Under the pieces are notes generated by a model. The model was not told the origin of the DNA and did no database searches. It saw only the letters and a program-made list of their open reading frames with translations. A DNA stretch of 64,000 nucleotides from Tubiluchus corallicola (Eukaryota > Animalia > Priapulida): NCBI GenBank assembly GCA_030141605.1, contig JAQGDQ010000369.1, positions 1 to 64,000 on the forward strand. The letters are read 5' to 3'. Of the stretch, positions 13,310-25,980 are shown piece after piece; positions within the stretch are counted from its first letter, which is position 1; the number at the start of each line of letters is the position of its first letter. The position numbers and the translations under genes are program-made.

Positions 13310-16300
13310 ATGGCCGCGTCCTCTACAAATAAAGTTTGGAGAAAAAACTTATGGGAAAAGCAGGATTTTCCTGATAACTACGTGGACGAGTCTTTTTTGC
13401 TTCAACTAAGGAAGAATGGTAAATAAGGATCATGCTTTGCAAAGTTTATTTTGTGATAATTCGCGTGTGATTGGCGCGATAACTTACGTTCTTTCACCTA
13501 GACAGTATAGTTTATACATAAGCAGATTCAAATGCAAATAAATTTATTTATCTCTTGCAATACACAATAACTTGAAGTACATAAACATAATAAGTTGTTA
13601 GTAACTTAGAGAAAGGGTTGTAAAAAATCGTAACGGTTAGAGAATCAGCCTCCCTCCTAGTTAAAGTTAGTAGAAAATCAGCGACAATTTAAGCTGGGAT
13701 GAAATAAAGAAAATCCTGTCAAACTGAAAAGATATAATAGTGAAAAAATGGTGATGAACAAAAGAATTAAACAAGTTTTAAATGGCGAAACAATATACAA
13801 AAATCAAAAAACGTAAAGCAACAGACTTGTAAGTTGTAGTCCTTTGCTAATTAAACAAAACAGATTGAAAAACAGAAACAAAAAACTATCAAAAGTGGAC
13901 AACATAAAGTAACAATAACTAATAATAACAACAGTAATGAAACAAGCATACATAAGGACTGAAAACAAAACTAAAATAAGTACTGAAGACATAAACTTTC
14001 CGAACAAAGCAACTAAACATAATTATAGTGTTATATTTACATTATATTTTCATTATAGTTCAATATATTGTACTAATATCTTTTACTATCAGGTGAACGT
14101 TCTAACACTTAGTCGTGTAGGCTTATTATAATGCTAACTTCACTGCTTATCTGCTTTTTTTATATATTCAAATGATTAATGTTAACACGTTGTGAATCGT
14201 GCAATTTTTTGAGAGCTATTACATGATCATAATTGTTACGAGTATACTGAACACCAGCCACCAGAGTATGAATCCTATAGAAGTATCTAAACACTAAACT
14301 GCAGAAAAATTACCCCTTTGTAAACCTTTTCCTGATCTCTAATAATATTTACCGCAAGCTTTCACATTTTAGCCTTAGTATGATGTTGTAGATGAGTAGT
14401 ATGATTTGCAAATGAGTAGTGTTAAATTTGTCATTTAATTACTTATATTCAAGTATAGAAAAATGATTTTACATAACTCGTCGTCTAGAGGTCATGCAGA
14501 CCTACTTTTCTATGTCGACCTGCATCTCTCATTGGAAGATTTTTCTAATTACAACTGTATGATATCGTATTCAGGTTTTCTTATTGCTTCATGTTCCCTC
14601 GTCTTCTGTTTTTATCAACTTATCAAATTTGTTTTTTTTCATGTACTGAACACCCCTTTCACGCAAAATGTAAGTTTTTATTGAAGCTAAGATATGCATC
14701 TGGCCTGTATAAAAGTGGTCGTCCCTGCTCTTTTACTGGTCCAGTTAGATTCATCCACGACAATGTAAACTCTATTTCATCATTGTTTTTCAATCTACTT
14801 CATGTAATTTGCCAATAGAGGTTTGTGGATAGGCTGATTGTCTTCCGCATCTGTTGGTACCGAACCAACCTTGGTAGTTTTCGCACTTTTCGGCGAGGTA
14901 CCGTCGGCAGTTCACTATTCTAAGCATTACGTTTGATCTGCAATAATGCAGTTGACCTTCATTTCACAGTTAACCTCCATTAAGAATTTTGCAATCTGAT
15001 TTAATTAGATTAATTTGTTATAGTAAATACGAGAACATACAGCTTCTGGCCAGCAGTAGTGGAATCTGGTGTCGTGACTCAGCAAATCAGCAGGTACGAT
15101 TCTCTGGAGGTGACACTACAGTTAGAATAAACACTTGGAATAGGTGATAACTTTCAGTATTTAAAAATGAAACCAATGTTTCATTTACATAAATTAATAC
15201 TGTTTCATGCATGTTAAAGCAAAACCGGACCCAATCTTGAACTATTGGTCAAAACAATCTACTCTTTAAAATATTGAAAGGAAACATACTATTTTTTTCA
15301 AAAATCTTACGTGAAAGAATTATTACCACACAAACACGGTTTCGCGTGCACCACTAGTTCTTCACTGTTACATGCATTTTGCCATTCGCTAGTCAAATGG
15401 GCACTAGCGCCTGTATTTCGAAAATGCATTACAGAAAAAACAGATGCCGTACCTCTCACTTCAGATGTGTTAGTTTGTGACGAACTAGTCATGTACGATA
15501 GCTCATGCGTGAGCACAGTGGTAAATTTGAAATTTGAATTCTTATTTTAAAACTTGTCTAGTTTTAGTACAGCATACTGAATCTCTTACAGTAGCACTGT
15601 ACTTTTCGCTTTGGCAAACGTGTGCAACATGCTCGTGGAATATTTTTGCTGTCAAAAATTATGTTAGTTTGTCGTGTCATCAATAGCTGGGCTCGCCCGC
15701 CGTTAATTAAGATTTTAATCTATTATTTAATTAACAGAAACGCTTTTGCAGTATTAATCGTGTTAAAATGTATACTTTTTATCCGACTTGAAAATGGAGT
15801 AGTATATGAAAAATCACCTTCAAGTTCAAAAGTCTGGGGGCAGTATTGCTTCCACGTGAAATTAATTATAGTCTCGCATATGTAATTGTTGTGTTTTTAA
15901 TCAGTACTCCGTTTCTCTAGTGTGGTGTTATTTTCGGCAGCCTTTGTTTACATGAACGACGGATATTTGGACCCAAAGGTCGTATTCGCAACATTGGTTC
16001 TATTAACTTTGCTGGGGTATGTACTGTACAAGGTGGCACCGGCTTCTGTGTCTGTCATCGAGGAATTCAGAAATGAACACTTGGAAGCAAAGAGACACGG
16101 TAAAGAAAAATGGTTTGTTCAATTGTTTTAACCAATAGTTAGCTAAAATTACCTCGTAGCTAAAATGACTGGAGGTGCTGCTTCAGAGAATTTTTAGCCA
16201 TTGTTTTAATATTGTATAAAACGAAACAAACATATGTAATCCTACTGTCGTAATCTGTAATTTAAAGTTACATATAAACTTGATAAAATTCTAAACAAAA

Positions 16301-19300
16301 AATACTGTTTGCTTATGAATAGCCTAAATTGTCGTAGTTCAAGAATTTTAAGCGCGTGACAACTGACAACACGTACTGTAGTGAGTGACAGTGCTCTTTC
16401 TACTAAAAGTGCAGTATCTGATCTTAGACATGGCCGCATGCTCGCAAGTGACAAACACCACATTGCTTGAGCTGTAAGCGCACTGTGCTGGGCTGTGACG
16501 CAAACAGTATTTCCCTCGTGCTCTGAACCGTACAACTATAAAGTTTGAACTAAATAAAAAACTTATTTTATTGGATATTATCGATAATATTGAGTGAAAA
16601 TAGTTCGCAGTTCCACAGTGCCGCCGCTGTAACCATCTCTTTGACGTTCACTATGATAAGAATTATAAAGTTTAACCACAATTTTTCTCTACCTTGCTGT
16701 ATCCATAAGTGTATAAAAAATTGACTCATTCTTTGTATACGAGAATCAATGTAGGGAATTTCGTCAAGTATCTCGTTGGCCACGTGACCACGGTCACTCA
16801 CCTGTGCAGATCTGTTTCTACCTGGGCAAGCGAGTTAGTTGGTAAACGTTAACAGGCTTCTTTAAAAGTAGTTTTTCACAGTATGATAGTGGCATAATCT
16901 GTCAGATATATTGGTAAATACTAGATTTGCTTTATGGAGACATACGATGTAAGTAAATACATCATTTTGTATTATTTTGAATCATTATGAACTGATCACT
17001 TTGAACATTTTAGTTTAATGAATGACAATCTTATCAAATTGATAGAACGTTGTATAAATTAGTAAATTACCAAATTAGGTTTATTTAATGTGTTATTTTA
17101 TGTTTAGTAAAGTCTAGAGCTACAGAATTAAATGCAAATTTGTAAAATGGCCTTTTTTATTTTTTAATAGAAATGACGTATAAAACACTACAATTTTGAG
17201 TTAGAATATAGCAGTCATTGATTGTAGTATAATGTCCTATAATGTAAACAAAAACACAACACATGTATAAACACAATAATTCCATACAGATTTACAAACT
17301 GTAATAAAAATATTGTAATATACTATATTATCTATCTGTCTACAACTTACATGAAAAGTTTATATGTAGTCATACATGCAGGGCAAGTTATTGAGCAACT
17401 ATTACACAGTGAAATATTCCTGTACTCTACCTCTTAATGATAGCATACTTTGTCTAGATTTTTCTCAAAAATCAATAAACTTGTTGGCAAAAGTATGTTC
17501 AAATTGAAAATGTGAATATTTGTAAATTAATTTCTAGTCCATCCACAATCATAAACTTGAGTTAGACGTTTGCTTATGTTAAATGCTGGAGCAGTTTACA
17601 ATGTGCGCAGGAAAAGTTGGAAGGTCACGAAACATTTAACCATTAGCAAACGTTCTCTTTTTTTAGTTTCTGATGATGTGAAGATAGCTGTGACATTCTT
17701 GGCAATTGCATATGGAATGGCTCCAATTCTGCACACTCTTACTGAGTCGATAAGCACGGACACCATTTATGCCATGTCAACTGGCATGTTATTGGCTAAC
17801 TTGATATTCTATGAGTATGGTCCAAGTGCGGCGATGTAAGTGCACCACTGCTACAGGATTTTGATGGTGTGTTTTCTTTTGGACAGCAAACTCGCATGCA
17901 TAAATTGTTTTGCGAGTTACTGTTCTCAAATTATTACTCCAGCAGTTACTGTGAGTTGTTTTACTGCGAGTTACTACTGTTCTCAAATTATTACTCCAGC
18001 AATTACTGTGAGTTGTTTTACTGCGAGTTACTGTCCAGTGTGAATGCATCAGTGAGTTTTTTGCAGGGATAGGTAATTGAGTGTCAGCTTGTAGAGTAAC
18101 TTGCAACAGGTGTAACTGTCTGAACGCACAAGTTACTTGGGAAGTTACTTAGCAAGCTAACTTCGTGAGATAACTCACTCGTCTGGATGCACCGTAACAT
18201 TGCTTGTGTAATAGCAAGTTGCTAAATATTACGCGTGAATATTGCAGGAGGCTTTCAGGTGTCTTCTTAGTGAATTGTTCACGCCACTAGTTCTTCACTG
18301 TTGCATGCATTTCGCCATTCTCTAGTTAGACGGGCACTAACGCCTGCATTTCAGAAACGCATTGCACAAAAAACTGGTTCATACTTTAGTACAGCGGTAA
18401 ATTTTAAATTTGAATTCTTATCTAAAAACTTGCCTAGTTTTAGTACAACACACTGAGTATCTTACAATAGCACTGTACTTCAATTTTCGCTTTCACAAAC
18501 ACGCTCGTGGAATATTATTGCTGTTGAAAATTATGTTTGTGATGTCATCAATAGTTGGGCCCACCCACCGTTAATTAACTTTTTAATTTATTGTTTAATT
18601 ATCCGAAATGGTTTTGCAGTCTTAACTGTGTTCAAATGTATACTTTTTATCGGACTTGAAAATGAGGTAGTATATGAAAAATCATCCTGTCTTCCTTTAA
18701 CCTGCTAAAGCAAGACATATTTTAAAGTTGGCTCCAAGAGATGGAGCCACAATACAAATAATTCGTTTTACTTTTCACAAGCTATAGGCTTAAACTCTAG
18801 TTCTATTTCTGTGTGGTCCAAGTTTCAAACTGCTGATCAAATAATTTTTTTATAGAAGATTCATAATGATGATTTTGTTTTATAATTTCAGTGTTTCAGC
18901 AACTGTGTCTTTCAACGCAGCGATGTTTGCATCCGTATGTTTAGCATCGAGGCTCCCGACGACGTGGCACACATTTGCAACAGTTACTCTTGCTGCTTCC
19001 ATGTTTGCTCTCTTCCCGTTGCTTAGGAAACGACTAAAGGCACAGTTATTGTCTTTTCATTTATTCAGTTTCTAATTTGCATGATTAATTATACGAATTC
19101 CGGACGTTATCTGTTTTTAAACACAGTGCAGTTACTTCTCTCTCATATTCTTTGTTTGCAGGTGTATTTTGTTTTCAGTTTACTTGTAAAACACCTTTAC
19201 TTTTTTATCCGATAGATGGCACTTCGTGCTTTACACATTTACGTATGCTATCTACAGTACTTGCATTGATGTCTGTTCGAACTATTACTAAACTATAACA

Positions 19301-21015
19301 GTATCTAACATAGCTGTAATTTTGAGATTTAACATCATGGTATCTTGAATTTGTGGCAAATGGTTCAATTAATTGACAGGAATGTAGTTATATATAAATA
19401 AGTGTCTTATATAAATAAGCACATTCGTATTTCGGTTTTCCAGAAAAAAGCGGGGCGACGTCGGTCCAAATTTGCATATTGTCCATACTTACCGATACTA
19501 AGCTAATACAGTAGGCGCCGTGTATTAGACTCACTGTAATATAGAATCAGTTGCCTAATTGTCTCAAAAACATTTAGCATGGGCCGCTCTTGACATACAA
19601 GCTACACGCTGCTTGGCTGCACAAGATAAACAAAGTGACGGCCTGCCAACTAGTGGTCAGCTCGCAAAATGATTTACTGCATCCGTAGTATGCGTGACCT
19701 TTAACGATCCAGATTTTGTCCGATTTTTCTGATATCCTTAAAAGCGAGGTCCGACAGACCAGATATGAGTGTATTTCCACGAATAAACAAATATACCTGG
19801 GGAATTAGTATGTACGTCGGTACCATTTTTCTATTTGGTCAAGTAGCTATAGTAACTAAAAGAAGTAAATTTATTGTTTTAATCATTTTCGAATCAAACA
19901 CCTTATTAGAGTATTAGAAGCTTGGAATTTTAAGCAACTGTGTTAATGTGATCTTATTAATGTAAATTTCGTTTAGATGGCATATGGAGCAAAGATTCAG
20001 GTTGCCATGACAACTATTTTGGGGATACCAGCACTGCTTGTTTCATCCCAGATATACTTTCCTTGTGGATTTCTTTTTCTTCTTTTACATCTCTTTATCA
20101 CTTTCGCCTGTCCAACGTGGCTGATTTGTATACAACCGTTCAAAGAGTAAGTGTGTGTTAAGTAGAATAAAAACGCCGCTTTAAACTTGAATTTGGAAAT
20201 TACATAGATCATTGCATCAATCACGTCATGTCGATAGATTCTTTTTGAAAGCATATTCATCAAATTGTATGCTCATCTGAATATCGTGCTGCATGTTTAT
20301 ATAATTTTCTTGGCATTTGTTGACTTGATGATATGTTTCAGTGGGTTGTAGTAGCTGCTCCTGAAGGCTTTACTAATGAAAATTATTAAATATTCTTTCT
20401 TCAACTTATCACGTTTCCTTTACCTAGTGATTCTATTGGTTTTAAATGAAAACGCCAAACAGATTATTAATCATTGCACATGCTAATTAAAACAGTGCCC
20501 TGAATAAAAAATCTGTTTACAATTAGACCGGTTCACTACAAACTTTCTCATTTTTGGATGCGATTGTTTCGTTAATTTAAAAGCCAAAAGAGGAATATCT
20601 TGCAGAATTATCACCTGCTTCTTTGTAACTAGAAATTTATTTTGAACAATCCAAGAAAAAGAAAAAGGTTTTGCTGAATTCCAAGAAATTCCTATGTTTT
20701 AATTGATCAAAGTACAAGTAAAGGTTACCATTAACTGTTCTGTGTTGGTATACACCTTACTAAAATAACTTGGCTCAAGCATAGTATCCTTAACACTTCT
20801 GTAATACTGAAGTTGACAGTTCACTTGTTTTATACCATGCTTTTTTGAAAGTATGTTTAAACTGAATTGTTTTTGTATCCTGGTTATAACATTGTCTCTT
20901 TATTATAATTGTTAGTTCATTGTTATTGTTAACTCATTTCAGTAACATTCATGGTCCATGGGATGAAGCAGAAATCAAAGAATGTGACAAAGTCAAGCTT
21001 CCTCGCCTCAACTAG
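13310..21015 (+). CDS. PIGC: Phosphatidylinositol N-acetylglucosaminyltransferase subunit C (PIG-C/GPI2), 7 exons, ~305 aa
   Basis: Exons 13310-13418 ([27 protein letters not shown]), 15024-15093, 15921-16099, 17667-17835 ([18 protein letters not shown]), 18892-19039 ([16 protein letters not shown]), 19977-20146, 20943-21015 ([12 protein letters not shown]...stop). Total 918 nt in frame, with hallmark PIG-C motifs. Intron 5 needs a GC donor. Confidence 0.93.
15214..15820 (+). mobile_element. TTAA-type MITE family B (Kolobok-like), PIGC intron 2
   Basis: Starts TTAAAGCAAAACCGG and shares AAAACAATCTACTCTTTAAAATATTGAAAG and downstream sequence with copies at 18275, 21017, 28099 and 45836. Confidence 0.8.
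18275..18700 (+). mobile_element. MITE family B, 5'-truncated copy
   Basis: Ends GAAAAATCATCCTGTCTTCCTTTAA. Confidence 0.75.
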
Positions 21016-21016
21016 G

Positions 21017-21606
21017 ACCCGGACCAAATCTTAAACTGTAGGTAAAAACAATCTACTCTTTAAAATATTGAAAGTAAACTTACTATTTTTTCAAAAATGA
21101 CTTACGTGAAAGAATTATTACCACACAAACACAATTTTGCACTCCAGCCACTAATTCTTCGCTGTTACACATATTTCGCCATTCGCTAGTTAGATGGAGC
21201 ACTAGCGCCTGCAGATGCTGTACCTCTCTGTTCAGGTGTGTTAGTTTGTGATGAACTGCTCACATGATAACTCAGGCGTGAGTACAGTGGTAAATTTTAA
21301 ATTTTAATTTTTGTCTTAAAACTTGCCAAGTTTTAGTACAACGCACTGAATATCTTATATTAGCACTATATTTCAATTTTCGCTTTTGAAAACGCATGCA
21401 ACACGCTCATGGAATATTTTTGCTGTTGAAAATTATGTTAGTTTGTGATGTCATCAATAGTTGAGCTCACCCGCTGTTAGTTGAGTCTTTAATCTATTAT
21501 TTAATTATCCTAGAAATGCCTTTGAAGTATTAATTGTGTTAAAATGTATACTTTTTATTGGAATTGAAAATGAGATAGTATTTGAAAAATCATCCTGTCT
21601 TCCTTT
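21017..21606 (+). mobile_element. MITE family B immediately after the PIGC stop codon (3'UTR)
   Basis: Collinear with 15214-15820 and 28099-28659. Confidence 0.8.
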
Positions 21607-21647
21607 CTCGGTAGACTGTTTGTTAGGAGGCTAGTAAAGCTTCACTT

Positions 21648-21653
21648 AATAAA
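21648..21653 (+). terminator. Probable PIGC polyadenylation signal
   Basis: AATAAA just after the MITE in the 3'UTR and before the 30-bp minisatellite. Confidence 0.4.
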
Positions 21654-21711
21654 AGAACATTTTGAAATAATCAAAAACAGCAACATTAAAATTATTTTTC
21701 ATTTTAAACTT

Positions 21712-22653
21712 GTTTGTTACTACTTTTTGGAACACCTTCCTAATGTTACTTTTTTAGAGGAACACCTTCCTAGTGTTACTACTTTAGAGGAACACCTTCC
21801 TAATGTTACTTTTTAGAGGAACACCTTCCTAATGTTACTAATTTAGAGGAACACCTTCCTAGTGTTACTACTTTAGAGAAACACCTTCCTAATGTTACTT
21901 TTTTAGAGGAACATCTTCCTAATGTTACTACTTTAGAGGAACACCTTCCTAATGTTACTACTTTAGAGGAACACCTTCCTAATGTTACCTCTTTAAAGGA
22001 ACACCTTCCTTATGTTACTTTTTTAGAGGAACACCTTCCTAATGTTACTTCTTTAGAGGAACACTTTCCTAATGTTACTACTTTAGAGGAACAGCTTCCT
22101 AATGTTACTTTTTTAGAGGAACACCTTCACAATGTTTCTACTTTAGAGGAACACCTTCCTAATGTTACTACTTTAGAGGAACACCTTCCTAGTGTTACTA
22201 CTTTAGAGGAACACCTTCCTAATGTTACTTTTTTAGAGGAACATCTTCCTAATGTTACTACTTTAGAGGAACACTTTCCTAATGTTACTACTTTAGAGAA
22301 ACACCTTCCTAGTGTTACTACTTTAAAGGAACACCTTCCTAATGTTACTACTTTAGAGGAACACCTTCCTAATGTTACTACTTTAGAGGAACACCTTCCT
22401 AATGTTACTACTTTAGAGGAACACCTTCCTAATGTTACTACTTTAGAGGAACACCTTCCTAATGTTACTTCTTTAGAGGAACACCTTCCTAATGTTACTA
22501 CTTTAGAGGAACATCTTCCTAGTGTTACTACTTTAGAGGAACACCTTCCTATTGTTACTACTTTAGAGGAACACCTTCCTAGTGTTACTACTTTAGAGGA
22601 ACACCTTCCTAATGTTACTACTTTAGAGGAACACCCTCCTAGTGTTACTACTT
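21712..22653. repeat. 30-bp minisatellite, ~31 copies, between the convergent PIGC and GPCR 3' ends
   Basis: Unit GGAACACCTTCCTAATGTTACTACTTTAGA. Confidence 0.97.
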
Positions 22654-23503
22654 TTCCCGTGTAAACACTTTGAGCTGACAAGCAAATCGAGAAAAAAATC
22701 ATATAGTTTTCATCAAATTTATTTTCCTGACATACATTTCTCTGAGTTGCACAAAACTTTTCATAAGCATGAAAAAAGAATGCAGATGAAATGATTTGAA
22801 CACAAGAATAATTTATTTAAACAAAAGCTTGATTTAAACTTTTTTATAATTTGTAAATAAGCAAAGGAGTCAGATAATCAATATGATATAATCACTTAAC
22901 AATTGCGTTATTCACAGGTAAGTTAATGCAGTTAAATGAATTAGGATGTGCATCACAAACTAAATGTGGTTTATTTGATTTACATCACTTTGATGTAATG
23001 TAATTTTGTTTACATTTTTAACTTTTCTTATATGTATTTGTGTAAAGCTTGATTCAATTCATAGAGGGCAAAGATGTTAAATAAATAATACCGTAATAAG
23101 AATTATTATTATAATAGTTAATGTATATAAATTAAACAATGTATATAGACATTTTCTCTTACATAGATATGAAGTGTCACAAATTCTTCTCAAGATGCTA
23201 GGATAGCTTGCAAAGTTGACTAGTCTTGCTTTCAAACTGCATTAAGATGGCGACATCAGAGGAGAGAATTCTGGCTGGAGATTACTCTGATCAGTTTTGA
23301 CCAATTAGCAGCTACCTGGTAAACTATTTAAGAAAATGTTCTGATTTGTGATAAATTAACATTTAATGTTATTTAAAATGATTCAAGGAAATGATTTTAT
23401 ACACGTTTTCTTAACAGGTGTTCATTTGCCTCCCTCATTGGTTCATTCACGAATTTCTGTAGTGTTGCCATCTATGATCGACTTATTTCAATTTTCAGTT
23501 GTT

Positions 23504-25980
23504 TCATACTTGTGTGCAGTTCCCATGGCCACGTAACTGACAAGTCGCTGAACCGTTACTATGGCAACAGTTGTTGTCAGGTGTCACCTTGGGTAACACA
23601 TTTGTCTGCATGGTGCTGCCGGGTTGTGATCTCGTACCACTATTGGTTGTTGAACCTGAACTAGTCGTGTTACCGCCTCGTTTTGACCAGAGCGTCTGAT
23701 TGAAAACCACAAATGCTAAGAAGATGAACAGACCCTGCAACGAGTTCAAAATTGTAAAAATGTACCAAATCCAAATGTGTCTGATCATGGCTGCCAGGAA
23801 ACCAAATATCCACGTTAAACCGAGCAATGTTGAAAGCTTGATGCAAAGAATGAGCTGCCGCTTCTGACTCAGTGTCGAACCCACTCTTGCAGTCAGCTTA
23901 CTCATCTGTCTTAGTTTATACACGGTTACGATAAACAGGACAAGATCCGTTAGAGTCACCACTGCCGCCGGCAGAGCGAAACCGGCAAAAAGTGCCCATT
24001 TGTGTGACAGCCAACAACTCGCTGTGGCGTACAGATCTGGTGTTGTTCTCAGAAAATGTGCAATCACGACTGGAATGACTAGAAACAATGGTGAGATCCA
24101 CGAGTACAGCGAATATTTTGTGCATGTTGTTCTGAATGCTGGTTTGGTCTTACCGAAAGTAACAAAAATGTCGTACGTCATCACGTTCATCCAGGCAAAA
24201 ACGCTCAGCCAGAAATAATGAAGCAAAATGGCCACAACTGTGCAAGCTTTTTCCCAATCAGTTCTGTGTATTCCCACGAGCAGCAGCAATTGGGCAGTGA
24301 ACAGTGTGCTCACCAGGCTCATAACAATTTTACCTGGAATTGTTCTCAATGAAGAGAATCGGCAGTAAGTGGCAAAGGTCAGTGCCAAGCAGAGCAAAGA
24401 TATGACACCTGTAATTAAAGTGAGCATACCTTGTCCTGCAGAATAAATTACTGTTTCGTTTGCGGCTTGATAATCACTTTGCAATGCTGTTACGCAAACA
24501 GTTATCGAGTTGTTGTCATTTCGACTGTATTCAGATTTTTGCAATAATTTCTGGTTAACTAGCTTTACTACATTGTTAGGTAACTCAGTATACATTTCGC
24601 CTGTTAGGTTTGCCTTCAGACAAGTTAGGAATGGATTTTCGCAGAGTTTAATGGTCCCTGTTGATTGTTGCCCTACTTGAGATGTTATGTTCACCAACAG
24701 ATTCTGTAGTGGGTAAAAGGTACGCACCTCTCTAATGAGTACGTAATCGGTTCCGTTTACGTTTTCATAAAGCTTATAGTCGGATGCTGAGTAAGTTTTA
24801 AACTTTCCAGCATTACAGCTGTAGTGAACACTAGGTTCATAGTTAAGAATGTCGAGTTTCACAATTTCAAGAAAGTGCAGGGACGCTTGAATGTTCATTA
24901 TTTTCCTAGACGTTTCAATAAAATAATTAAAACTCACATCTTTCAATTGTGCAAGATCTACCGTTACTTCTACAGTGTGCATTGTCTTGTTCCTTCCTGC
25001 TTCACAAGCCGATTGTTTTTTTAAAGCGAATGATGAAAGTTGTGCTGTTGTAACAGCGGCAGCACTTGCAATTTGTGCTGGCAACTCGTAATACAACTGA
25101 TGTGCGTTGTCGCACACTGCACTGAGACCTATGGACAAGAAGACGGAATTTTGCAAGCGTGGTAATGGGTACGAATAGTCTGAGAATACCCAAGATTCTG
25201 TGTTGTTGTCAAGTACACACGCAGAACCTTCCATGACAAGACCGTCGCCACAAAACGCTGTGTGACATCTTTCAGTGACGTAATCGTATATTTCGCCAGA
25301 TCTGCAATTTTTACTTTTCGTCACTGTTGACTTTCCGTCATATGTGATGCTGTCTGTCAAGGCTCCAAAATCCAGTAACACGGAAAATACGGGAAATGGT
25401 TGCGATGGTGCTGCCACCTGGCTCATGGGTGGGCACACGGTGTATGCGACACCGTGACACAATGCACAGTGAGAATTCCTATATATTTTGTCTTCATTGA
25501 TGTCAGTCACGGGAGCATAATATGCTGAGCAAAGATCTTGAAGTCTTTCCCACTCTTCTGTTTTATTTTCCTCCGGGCAAGTGTCATCATAACTTCCTCT
25601 CAGACTTGGTGACAACGCGTTGTCAACACAAAAATGCGGTTTTGTGCTCGACTCTCCCATGTGCCGTGTTATCAGAAAGCAGCCTTTCAAAGCTTCTTCT
25701 ACTTCTGTAAAATTGTCGCTTCTCAGTCGCTGCTCATTTTCCATTGACTTGGGGCATTTCATTTCGGCTACCCATTGCCGTAGCTCCGTCATTGTTTTGC
25801 CATGACACGTAGCACAAAATAGATTCTTGTATGTCAGGCCTGAACGCTGTGCTAAGAATTCAGAGAATGGAGTGTTGTATATAGGTTCTTGTAGTGTGTC
25901 ATCCTCACACAACTGCCTGACTGTTTCATCTGTCCAAGTAACGGGACATCGTGATATGACAAAATATGGCTCAAGTAAAC
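23504..25980 (-). CDS. Terminal exon: Cys-rich ectodomain plus class B-like 7TM
   Basis: The 802-aa ORF extends to an acceptor at 25981-25983. Motifs YKNLFCATCH and YRNSHCALCH precede seven hydrophobic helices with class-B signatures: ISLLCLALTFATY, LRTIPGKIVMSL, CTVVAILLHYFWLSVFAWMN, YSLYSWISP, CWL, KLSTLLGLTWIFG, FTILNSLQGLFIFLAFV. Confidence 0.92.

Noticed and set aside
22127-22702. 191-aa ORF with VVTLGRCSSK repeats
   Set aside because: Translation of the 30-bp minisatellite; units nearby carry indels; no splice or start context.
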